Positions 28,701 to 41,800 of a stretch of 64,000 nucleotides of DNA are shown in pieces. The notes under the pieces are model-generated. The model did no database searches and was not told the origin of the DNA. It saw only the letters and a list, made by a program, of their open reading frames with translations. Source of the stretch: Balanoglossus misakiensis (lineage: Eukaryota > Animalia > Hemichordata); assembly GCA_040954595.2 (NCBI GenBank), contig CM082582.2:12669777-12733776 (forward strand), written 5' to 3'. A program made the position numbers and the translations under genes. Every line of letters begins with the position of its first letter. The stretch's first letter is position 1.

Positions 28701-31044
28701 ATATAATTAATGGAAAAGGGGCAGCTGGAGAGAGACTTTGTCCCTTTAATACAAGCAGGCCTTGGTCTGGATTATTGCTGTTAATGTCATGAATGCATCT
28801 ATCAGTGGAAAGCCTCACCAATCTCTGTTGAATGAAATAGCGATCGACATCACCCACTGTCTTGACAGGACGTCTTGGCATCTCGTGCATGAGACTTCTG
28901 TGATGCAACAACAACTCCTCCAAATAATCTATCCTTCTCGTCAAGTGCTTCTTGGCTTCCTCCTCCGCCGCGATCTCCTCCTCCCTGTAGTACCTGTTCA
29001 GCAACCCTATAGTCAGCATGGCCCAGTTGTTGATTACTCTCGGCTGTAAAGAGGAAAAGTTTGACCGGTCAATCCAAGGCTGAGAGTTCACCTCTGAACA
29101 TCACAAACAGAATGTAAGTATAGACCTTCCGTACTTTAAGGATTTTTCATGTGTATGATCCAAACACTGCATGATTTTTTCCTAATAGATGTTCTGCTGT
29201 TTTGGGTCTTTTCTGATAATGTATTGACTCTGGGTGGGGTTGGGTAGGTTATACTTGTAGTTCAAAAGTAAACTTTGAAATTCTACATCACTTTACAAGT
29301 GTGATGTGTGATATGTACATGGTTGGACCAGCTAATCAGAATGCACTGCTGTTTTTAGACGCATACAAACCCTGACTGTTAAAGTGTAGTACATGTATGT
29401 AAAATCATATTACTATAGTGTACCAACAAATTTAAATTACCAGCAGTTAACACAGCAATAACAACCTACTATTACTTTGTGAGCATTAACAAATCGTGGG
29501 TATAGAAAATCCAACAATGGATGTTAGCTGAAACAGCATGCAAAGTTTTTCATTATTAGCATTAACGTGTTAATTGGGTTCAGTTTTATTGGCGTATATT
29601 GCAAGTGCTTCCAATGTGATGCACACAGTCATAAACACAAAGTTTTGTGTCCATTTTTGCAGAATTCCAACGCTGCATTCTAGACAAGGTTAGAATACAG
29701 TTGCCATGAATGTAAGCTACAGTATTAAAGAACATGAGAACACAGTTATTAAGAAAATTTAATAAATTCTTATTTGCATTAATATTATTTACCCATTCTC
29801 TCATTTTATCTTAAGAACTGAAGGCTATAGTTAGTCTTTGTGAAAAATGTTATTTATTGATTAATTTATTTATTCTTTAACTGCCACCAACACCAGCAGA
29901 TCATACCTTTGGAATGTGTCGTGTGACAGAAATTGGACCTTCTGTGATGAAAGACTTTGTTGACTGCTTGCCTTGTGCAGGTAGGTTCTACAGGTGGAAA
30001 TCAGCCGTTGATAAGCCTTAACCCCTAAGCTTCTAAGTTCCACCCCTGATTTCCAAAATAGTGGAACAAGCCCATTTTATCATGACTAGATTCAAGGGCT
30101 CGGACTGTACAAAATTGAGGTGGTCTGCTCTCTGTAATCTCACGGAGAGAGACAAACCAGCATGAAGGAAATATCTCTCCTTTACATACACCAGATGATT
30201 TATTTGGACTTTAACAGTTATCGTTGTGATTGAAGTACAATGTACTTGACTGTCAAAAAATAAACACTTGAAATAGATACCTTAGGTTCTACCTGCATAG
30301 CAACCATGTTGTGTTCCACTTCATGTGTTGTCATATTTGGTGGAGCAACACCTGAAATATGAAATGAGATTTTTTGATATCTGATTTTCAGAACACACAT
30401 ACAATATATGTACAATGTACATGTACCCTGTATGTACATTTTAACTTGCTTGAACGATTTCAGTGTCATCATAGCTTTACTTATACTGACCCCGATTTAT
30501 CAAACCTTTCTGTAATCAATACATTTTTAATTACAGTCAACTCCACAATGCTGGAATTACCACGTTGCTGGGATACAATCTTGTTTAAAAATAAATTTAA
30601 GAAATGCTCACTCACCTACAATGTTGGCAACATGTATGGATGCTGCTCTGTCCCCAAGCCATGCTCTGCAAACAAACAAAAAAGGTGCAAGAAGAGTTAA
30701 TGTGATTCTGGGCGTGGTGGGGTGTATATTTACATGTTCTTGTATTTCCCTTGGTGAAGGGGTTAAGAACAGTGTAGTAATGTCCAGATGGGTCCTGCCT
30801 GAACAAGATTTTAAACCTTGTTTAATTATCCAGGTTACTTGGTGTATCATGTGTGTTAATTTTACTGGTTCAAGGGCAAGTAAACGATGCCTTACCTTTT
30901 CACAAGATGTATAAGGCAGTTTAATTGGTCCTGTACTCTCTGTGTCTCGGCTTGACTCTCCAACACGTCTTGTCTCATCCGGGCGATCGTCTCTCGGAAT
31001 ACTTTGCTGTCTATATTGGCACTTCCAGTCTTTTGACGATTCAT
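25753..31044 (-). CDS. Uncharacterised 414-aa protein with predicted coiled-coil segments and repeated RPxSA motifs
   Basis: Nine coding exons with canonical splice sites and a continuous frame: 31044-30896, 30665-30616, 30351-30281, 29987-29907, 29043-28819, 28249-28055, 27919-27869, 27734-27620, 26060-25753 (1245 nt). Begins MNRQKTGSANIDSKVFRETIARMRQDVLESQAETQRVQDQLNCLIHLVKRAWLGD, ends QMEEEFKQTTRLLQQRLGIAEDGAI*. Probable non-coding first exon ending at the donor at 32729. Confidence 0.82.
28395..28749. mobile_element. Palindromic MITE, Kolobok/T2-like (TTAA TSD, AGG...CCT termini)
   Basis: ttaa-agggacaaagtctctctc ... gagagagactttgtccct-ttaa; two ~170-bp arms are imperfect reverse complements around a short spacer near 28570; lies in an intron of the minus-strand gene. 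Confidence 0.85.
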
Positions 31045-32729
31045 TATGAAAATCTTTTATTGCAACGCTGAAAAGAACCGTCCGAAAAGAAAGTGTTTCA
31101 GTGTGTGTGTGTGGATATTTGACCTCTTCAGACTTAGAGACATGAAAAATAAAATATACTCCTTAGTAAGTTAGTAGTCATGATATGGTTGAAATATCTG
31201 CCGACCAATTGGACTCACTGGAGGCAAAGATTATGACTTGTTTATTCTCACAAGAGGAATAATAAATACAGCCAGTAAATTGCCAAAATCTCCATTTTCC
31301 TGTCAGTGATCTTCAGATCCCCACAGGTTCTACGATAAATAGCCTATATGTCACTTTCTGTATGTCAGTTTCTGCTTTTATGAGAAACACAGCACTCGAA
31401 AAAAAATAAAACATCCTCAGATTTACACTGCTATCAAATTACACTGCGCTCCTGCTAGAACCTTTAGGCATATAATGTTTAAGTGTACAATGTACAACAA
31501 CTCCAAATTCACTCAACGATTGCGCTGTACAATACTTGAAGGAGGCCACACTGTATCAAATAACACCGCCTGGCCAACAACACAGAAACAACAACATTCC
31601 TGGTAACCATATTCTGATCACCACACAGAGACTGTGACCAACTCATTATATTTTAACTTATTTCAGTTTATTTGTTTCCTACAGTACATGCTGTACAGAT
31701 CCAGAGCTCTTTTCTGATTTTCTAACCCTGGGATAACATCAAGTTGGCCCAGTGTCAGCTCACTGTCAATGTTTGTGTAGCATGTGCCATTTTTCTCGTG
31801 TGTGCGTGTGTGTGTGTACTAAATTTATTAACCTGTAAAATATTTCAAATCTTTTTTGTCAGAAAATCTATGGGGAAAATGAATGCACAGATCAGATGAC
31901 TGCAAGGTAAAATGTTACACTCAGATCCACCCCAGTTTCTCAGTATAGAGGTCCAGGAATGCTCACTGAGAACAATGAAGTTGGACCAAACCATAGTGGT
32001 GTAAAGGGAACAAACAACAAGCTGCACCACTTTAAAACCACTTCATGATCTGACTACACATGAATTCCTCACAAAATAAAACAAAACAATGGAAATGGTA
32101 TCAACTTTCTTTTCTGAAGGGATTCATGGATATTGATGATCAACAGAGATCTATACAAGAAATGTGTGCATTTCTGTATCTGCAGTGTAGAGGCAGCCAA
32201 TCAGAAGTAACAACAGATTTCCAAGTATGTGGTTTTCAAAGACGGGTCCACTGATTGGATCAGGTAGCAAACTATACTTATAAGTGCAAGTCCCTGATTG
32301 GATGTCTCCTGCACTTGGCTATTGGCAGGTGCACATGTACACAGCTACTGTGTACAGGCCAATTTGCATTATTCATTCATTTCAATCAACAATGCAGTGA
32401 CATTCCATTTCTGTGGTCCGTAAATGGTCAGTCCGTGCTTCCGAATTTGTTTATGAATAAGTACACACCAGGTGTATGAATAAATATAGTATAAATACAG
32501 GCTGTCTGAGGTGTTCTTCGCAGTCAGTTTCTGGGCCGATCACTTGCTGTCAACACTTTGCCAGGGAAGGACAGGGATCAAATTTGGCGTTCCCCCCTTT
32601 TGCGCTTGTAATGTAGCAAAGTTATGATACGGCAAAATCGATACCGTAAAATATTTTACGCCATACATTGGAGATCGGTCGTACGGAAATGTCATTTACA
32701 CCAGTGGGCGTGCTGATCGTACTCTTACC

Positions 32730-33084
32730 TGGTCTGTCGTCGTCAATAACTGCGAAAATGTCTTGAATGAATGTGATCACTGCACCATTTTCACGACGGC
32801 AGCAACGTACGGCTTCATTGACAACAAAAACGCAAATCAAGGCCCTCTAGTACCACCAAGTTTTTCTAGACCGCTTCACCATTGTAAAAATCAGGCCAAT
32901 TTTGACTACATTATCCCAACTATAAGCCATTCTTTCAGTGAGAAATATATAAATTATGGTCTTGTGGTGTAAATAGTATTGTATGACTCAAATAAATTCA
33001 CGTAATAACACATAATATCAGATTCGACATTGTATCTTATTTATGTCGTAGAAAGAGGCTATTTCTGGAAGTGTTCAGAATAAA
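32730..33084. promoter_or_regulatory. Probable compact bidirectional promoter/5' UTR region (minus-strand gene and PDCD6)
   Basis: Minus-strand donor (CAG/GTAAG) at 32729 in CpG-richer sequence, ~355 bp from the PDCD6 ATG on the other strand. Confidence 0.5.
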
Positions 33085-34639
<1,555 letters not shown>

Positions 34640-35355
34640 AACCTTCCCATAGAACAGAAACCAAAGCTTTCCATCATAGCTGTAGACAATAAAGTATACT
34701 AATGATGTAGGCAATAAATTATACCAATGATGTACACAGATAATCAACATTTTATGTCAAGAGGGCCATTTGACTGTCCACCTGTAAATGTACAAATTAT
34801 ATGACAGACCACTGTGTTTGCTCTGTTTATTCAATGGCAGATGAACATTATTTACTATGTTGTATATTTATGCATATGGATGACCTTTGATCTTGAACCT
34901 TGGACAAGAATCGGACCATGCAGTCATTAATTGTCTCCAAAATGTGCAAATCATTTCTGATTTTTTGAACAACAGAGTGAACCTTGTCATGATCAAGAAA
35001 GATAGACATATCAAAATAAGATCCTCTGTACAGGTAATAAAACAGGGATGGGCTTCATCAGCCCTCTTAACAATTAATTTATAACACATGCATTGATGAC
35101 AAGTTTTGTAGGTTATCAGCGGTAGTAATTAGTCGTAGTATTTACAATTATTCTCATAACTTTTCTAATCAAAGACATTTTGAACCTGTTCTTGATTTTT
35201 GTGACCTTTGGATCTTTGACCTCATACAGAGATAATGAATTGGTGAAATCAGTTGTATCACTTCCAGTAGTCTAACTGTTCCACAGTTCAATGTACCAAG
35301 GCTGCTTTACAATTACATGTATACAGTAGTGGTGATGTTTGCTTATATATTTCAT

Positions 35356-35361
35356 AATAAA
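35356..35361 (+). terminator. Candidate polyadenylation signal of PDCD6
   Basis: AATAAA followed by GT-rich sequence, ~720 bp after the stop. Confidence 0.55.
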
Positions 35362-35529
35362 AAAAATCTATTACTGGAGTCCTTTGGTGTATGCAGTCAA
35401 TGTGTGTTTTTCTGTCCGTGACTGACTGACTTACTGGTCTGACATCTGTGTCGTGTATATTCAGATTTGATACATTGTGAAATGAATCGTGAACTGAACT
35501 TTATTCGGCCGAAAATTATCGACAAAATT

Positions 35530-35700
35530 GAGAATAGACGTGGTCGCTTAGGTTTGACCTGGGGGTTTGACCTTGAAGATGCGGGGAGTTGCGTACGCGC
35601 GCGCGTGTCCTCAAAGAAGGGTGAAAGGTGACGTACTTCCGCAGAGTGACGTCAGCATCAAGGAATTTGCAATGGCGGATGTAAAGAAGCTTTGCAGATG
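35530..35700 (+). promoter_or_regulatory. Probable ANKS6 promoter (CpG-rich)
   Basis: CpG-dense segment between the PDCD6 polyA signal and the ANKS6 ATG; gcgtacgcgcgcgcg at 35591, palindromic CRE TGACGTCA at 35647-35654, YY1-like ATGGCGG at 35672. Motif function is inferred. Confidence 0.5.
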
Positions 35701-35885
35701 CAAAGATTGCCTGTGAAGAGTGCATCCGAACTATGACAGTTTGTGCGAATTAGGGACCCGCATTGGTTTTATTTCCATCTTGTCATACAAGCATACAGGT
35801 TTCTTGGTATGTAGTCGATCATGTAGCTTTTCGTTAAGGGGGTTTTCGGTCTGTTTTGCTCTATTCTTCGAGGAGTTGCGGTGCG

Positions 35886-38800
35886 ATGGTTGAAGCCATC
35901 GATGAATGCGTTTGTCGCTTGTTAGTTGCGTGTGAGCAAGGGGACTTGTCTACCGTTCAAACTTTACTGGACCAGGAATTAGCTGTCGATACCGTCGATG
36001 AGGAGGGCTCGTCGTTACTACAAATTACAGCCGGAAATGGCCACGAAGCTCTTGTGCGATTTCTCATCATGCGCGGGGCGCGCATCGATCACCAAAACTC
36101 TTATGGTTGGACAGCTCTTATGCAAGCGTCAAGGACGGGAAATTGCAAAGTGGTCGGCCTGTTGTTACAGAATAAGGTCGATCCGAACGTCAAGAGCAAA
36201 TTGGGATGTACAGCTTTAACGGCAGCGGCCAGGGGAGGACATACGCAAGTTGTCAAGATGTTACTGGATATGCCAGGCATCGAACTGAACGACAGAACAT
36301 CCGTGTCTCCTCTCATGGCCGCCGCTCAGTACGGCCACGACACCGTGGTACGACTTCTTCTCGATAAAGGGGTTGATCTTGGCAACTTTGACGAAACGAC
36401 GGGGCTGCATGTTTTAATGGTAGCCGCTCTCAATGGCCACATGACGACAGCACAGATACTTGTTGATCGTGGATGTGATCCAAATGTGACCAACATACTC
36501 GGCAAAACTGCCTTGGCCATCGCAATACAGTCTGGTAAGCGATCGAGAGAAGTGCGGGGATACCTCGACAGGAAAACAACAAATAAACCAAAGCTCGGTA
36601 GGTCTTCCGAATTTAAGCTTTTAAATAAGTTTCTGTTATTATTTTCAACTACTGTTGTCCTGTGGTGCAAGTATGTTGAACCATGTGTACCAGTATGTCC
36701 ATGATTCAACATACATGATTACTGCAGTGCACAGCAGTCCATATACAATCACACAATACAGAACAGGCAAAAGTAGAAAAACCATTCACACCTTAGACAG
36801 TTATGGAAACCTTGGCTGTGAGTGAATGGTTAAACAATAGAGCAACAAAAGACAGCAAACTGTTAAATTCAAAGTCTGCACAGGGAGAGGAGAGAGATTC
36901 ATCTCTGAAATGTTATATTTCAAGGCCGAAATTGACAAGGTGTAACACAGTTTGAACCTCTGACAGGAAATTGACAAGTAATCCAGGAAAAGTTAGTGAA
37001 TAATATTGTTAGCAAGTAATCATATGCAAATCTGGGTGAATTGTTAATAACAATGGTGATTTCCTGTGAGCTTTATGTGCGTCTTTGAAAACAAAATCGA
37101 GTGTGATTCATTATGTGAAGGGCTTGATCGCTATTCTGTGTAGGTTTAACACATGATTTAATATAGTTCACTGCTGTGTGCAACTTGGAAAATTGTCTTG
37201 TCCTTTATGAAGCTACTTGGTGTGGGAAATTGATGTAATAACATTGACAGCGTCTGGGGTTCAGTGGACCCGCCCATGTGTGTGCGTTGCCCACAACACT
37301 TGGCAAACACAAAAGACAAAATATCAAAGGTTAAAATGAAATCAACCATAGTGGAAATCGTATAGACAGTCAGTGTGGCATCCCTGATTTTGTTCTATTT
37401 GACAGTGGTATGAAAGACAACTTTTACCTTTAACTGAATCACAGAGTCAAATAGCAACCAGTGTAGAATCAAGCCAGGTGTTTTCAGCTTGGGTTTCTTG
37501 CAAAAGCTGGAAATACCTGTCTTAAGAGTAACTGAATACAGTAAATTCCACACTTGTCTGTATAACATTTCAGTCCTGGTAATGAAATATAAACATATTT
37601 CTGTCCAGTACTGAACAATACATCACTGTTATGTTGGAAAACTAAGGTAATACTATCTGACCTTCTTGAGAAATGTTGGAAATTTTGTGCTGTGTATGTG
37701 AAGGAGCATTCACTAGCCATTGGGACTAATTGAGACTAAAAACACAGTTCAGTTTATTTTCAGTGTGTTTCTACTCAGAAAAGGAAATTAAAGGGGAAAA
37801 AATGTTGAAAGGTTGATAGCTGAGCCACTCAAAACATGTGAGGCTTTATCGTGTAGTAACAGTAGTGAAACACTTTGTTACACAAACAGAAATAGCTGTA
37901 GGGCATTGGTATCAGAAATGTGTGAGCCTTGGGGAACTTCAGTTTTATTGAGAGATCACAATTTTGATGTCATGTACCGGTGTACATGTAATCCATCACT
38001 GTGTCAAAATGAAGAGCTGTTGTAGACGTGAGGTCAACTATTTGCTGAATGATGCCGTGAATTCCTCTATAACTTGGAAATCAAAGTATGGCTGCAACCG
38101 TGTCCAGAACAACTCACCATGGAGTTGCTACGCCAGTGTTTATGTGATGTTTCTATGATCACATAATGCAAAATGATTAGCAAACAATTGTCTGATATAG
38201 AGTTCCAAGTCACACATCTACATTTTTTTGCCTTTAGTAGACAACTGGCTATTTAAACCCCTTCAGTTATGTACACCTGCATAAACCACAACATCATAGA
38301 CTTTCTCGTATTAATTTACTCATTGATTTTCATATGAGAAAATAGGTTAATACTGACCAGACAACTAACCAAATTTAGTTCATTTTTCAACAGCTTAGTG
38401 GGTTTGAAATAATGACTGATATAAGGTTCTCTGGTTGTTGTCCTCCTCACAGAACCAGAAGACCACAAACCAGACATCCTTGAAGCAGCCAAATCAGGTA
38501 GGTACTCACCCAGGCCATAGCTAAACTTAACCCTTTCACCGCCATGGTTCAGTCCAAACCCATTGTTTTCTATGGTGCGGTTGGACCTCTAAAGAGGGAA
38601 CTGGGGGTGAAAGGATTAAGCTATGTCATAGTTTTATGTACGGACTTCAATCTATTTGGCAGTTTTTGCCTTTGCTATTCCCATACCAATTCCTGACTAA
38701 CCCCTCCCACTGTTTGATTGATGAACCATCCCTTAACCTCCTACTTGTTAGTTGTATGACCTATGTGGTACATGTAACTTGGATCTTGTCAAAGTTTCTT

Positions 38801-41800
38801 CTGAAAAACTGTCATCATAAATGTCAAACCTCCAGATCATTGGACTGACTAATAGCGCAAAAGGACCAAGGGTTAGGGCATGCTTTACACGCAGTAAAAC
38901 AAAGACAGGCATTGATGGTTCCATAAATCTTGGTCTTGTTCGTTCAAAGCTTAGACATAAATAGTGCTATGAGGAACTGTTTGGCCTTGTGAAATTGGTT
39001 GAACTTTGTTCCAAAGTTCCCAAACTCTGTTTTAATTATTTGTTCGTCATCTATTTATGTCTGGCCATTTTACTCTTTCAGGAGATGGGTGTGAAAATGA
39101 TAAAATAAGATAATTTACATATTGTCCAATACTGTACAAATGAAGTGAAAATTGAACACAAACAGAGGTATAGATGTTAGATAATAGTAAAAGCAATTGT
39201 TGACATAATTGTGTAACTGTAGACAAAAGCATTATCTGCTGTGACAAAAGCTTTGTTAATCCAGTATTCATGAAAACAAAAGTGTAATTTTATTGGTGTG
39301 ATCACTCTACAAGGGACCTGCCACCCACCCCAGATTTTGCCGGATTGTAATCCTTGATGGGGTGGCACAACTTGCCCATAAATTGTAGTCTTTGTTTTCA
39401 TCGTAATAGTGAAGTGATCAGTCATGTGCCCCATAGTGGGAGAAACTTCCTTGTACGTACATGTAAGTGTTCAGGGAAAGTCAAATGTTACAGTTGGTAT
39501 AGTTTCTTCTTTTAGTTAAACCTGCCATCTCTGATTTCATTTTCAAGCAACGACACCTCATTAAGAGAGACATGTTCTCGTCATAGCAGAGTCAGGTGAC
39601 CACCATTCCATCTATTGTGTAATACATTTCACACGTGTATCATATGTGTGACTTTCTCAAACGATCTGAGCACAGATCAGAAAAGTGTGTCTGAGACACC
39701 TTTACGAGTATTTGTTTACCCCTGTAGGCTGAGAAGCTGTGCACAACGCTGCAACAATGACCATGTCACCTAAACTGGGACAGTATGTCATGTCCATTCC
39801 GTTACATTGTTGTGCGTGAATGGGAAGCGTGCCGCGGGGCATTTCTCGAAAAAAGCCGTTGTGACTAAGCTAAATATTGTGTACACACTCCACACTTACT
39901 ACGAGATTCCACTCCAAGACCTACCTCTCTGTTTAGTGGCCTAGATCCTGTGACAGATCTATCAATTCAGATTTATACCCACTAATGATGATTTATCAAT
40001 ACCTCATCTGTCTACGAACTTCAGATGTGGTGTCTGCCATGTTTTCTGCCACATTGGCAAACCGAAATCCAAACATTCTTTGGAGGAGCAAATTTAATCT
40101 ACAGACAAATGTTTACAATCAGTTTCTTGCATTTTACTTATGTTTTTGTTTTCTGCAGAACAGTTAAAAGTATGCAGGGATGTAGAAAAAGCCAGCAAAA
40201 ATAACTTGCAATCTGAAAATTAATAGTTCAATAAAAAATCAGTGACAGTCAGTGCTCACATGCTAATTAAGCTAAATACGTGTATTGTGTACACACTCCG
40301 CAATCTACATACATATACATATGTATGCACCGTCCCAGGTTTCATGCATAGTCGGAAAGTTTAAATAAAATTGATTATTTTGTAATCTTCACAAATTACA
40401 AGCCTGCCAGAGTCAGGACAGGAATGTTTTCGTGAGAATCGTTGCAATGACCACAGGCAGGTACAAGAGCCATAACAATGAGATTGTCACCTAAACTAGG
40501 ACAGTGTTACCTGTTGTTTCATCCCCAGTCATCTTCACAAAGACACCTGCCTGCAGGACATACACCTTTGCAGCCATTGTCTGCGAATTACCAAGCTAAA
40601 TATTGTGTAATCTCATGCGTGTTCAACGCAAACACCCAAAACACCTCATGTGGAATCGGCCGCGGCTTTTGGAAATTACCACTTGCTATCACAGCTTCAG
40701 AATGAAAGTGTGTGTGGGATATGTAAACAATGGGACTCGGATTGCCTTTGTTTTTTAAAGTGTGCTGGAAAAATGTGCCTCTTTTATCCTAGTGATGATG
40801 TACATGTATGTCCAAAGAGAGACTTGTGACAATTACTGAGAAAGAATTGTATCCCTAAAGCACAATTAATAAATAACATTTTGCCTGGCGACATCCTTCA
40901 TTCCATAATATCACATTGTTTCTCCGTGTTATTTTCCATAGGCAATATATTGAGAATCCGACAGCTCCTCCAGGAAGACCCGAAGGCTGCAGACACCATC
41001 GGGGAAGATGGGGGCACCCCTCTCATGTTCGCTGCAATGAGGGGACGTTTGGATATCGTGGATCTTTTGGTTCAGAACGGGGCAGACTTCAATCGACAGG
41101 ACACTGCATCTGGGTGGACGGCATTAATGCAAGCCACGTACTATGGGTAAGTGGGGGTCGTTGTTTTCTCTACCTTGGATCAAATTGTCACTTGTGTGAT
41201 AAAGCTTCGTTTTCCTTGTCTCTCTCTCTCTCTGTGCATGGTTGTCGGGGAGTGTCCCCTGTTACAGCACAGATCAGAAAGGAAAGGACCAGAATCTAAA
41301 AATAGACCTGCACAAGAACTGATGAAAGGCAGCTGACAATAGAAGGGGTCAAGCCCCCATTCAGCCGATAACAATACTTGACTACCGTGTTTGAAAATAT
41401 ACATGCCTAGCAACAGTCTCCTTCATTGACCATAAAGATCAACAGACTGGTTAATAAATTGAAAAGTTTAATGACCGCATTTGTCGTTAAAAACATTGTT
41501 GGAATCACTTAGTGTACATTTTATGAATCTATTTCATGATTTGTTATAATTTTTCATTTGTGTATGGAAAGTGTGTGATTTGTCTCACGGTCAAGGTCAA
41601 CTGAGCTTTGACAGGTACAAGTCATATACATGTACACTGTACTTTTCTTTGTGTACAGAAATGTGGGCACTACAGCTAGAAATGTACATGAACCAAAATT
41701 TACAAGGTCATGAAATTGATACCGGTGTTCTGTTACAAACAACTTATACTTTCTCACAAAAGGAGAAAACTTCAGAGCAAACAAACACAAAGAGAGTTAT

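Noticed and set aside
35856-35885. ORF-track start for ANKS6 at TTG 35856
   Set aside because: Non-ATG start; the first in-frame ATG is 35886 (GCGATGG), although an extra upstream exon cannot be excluded.
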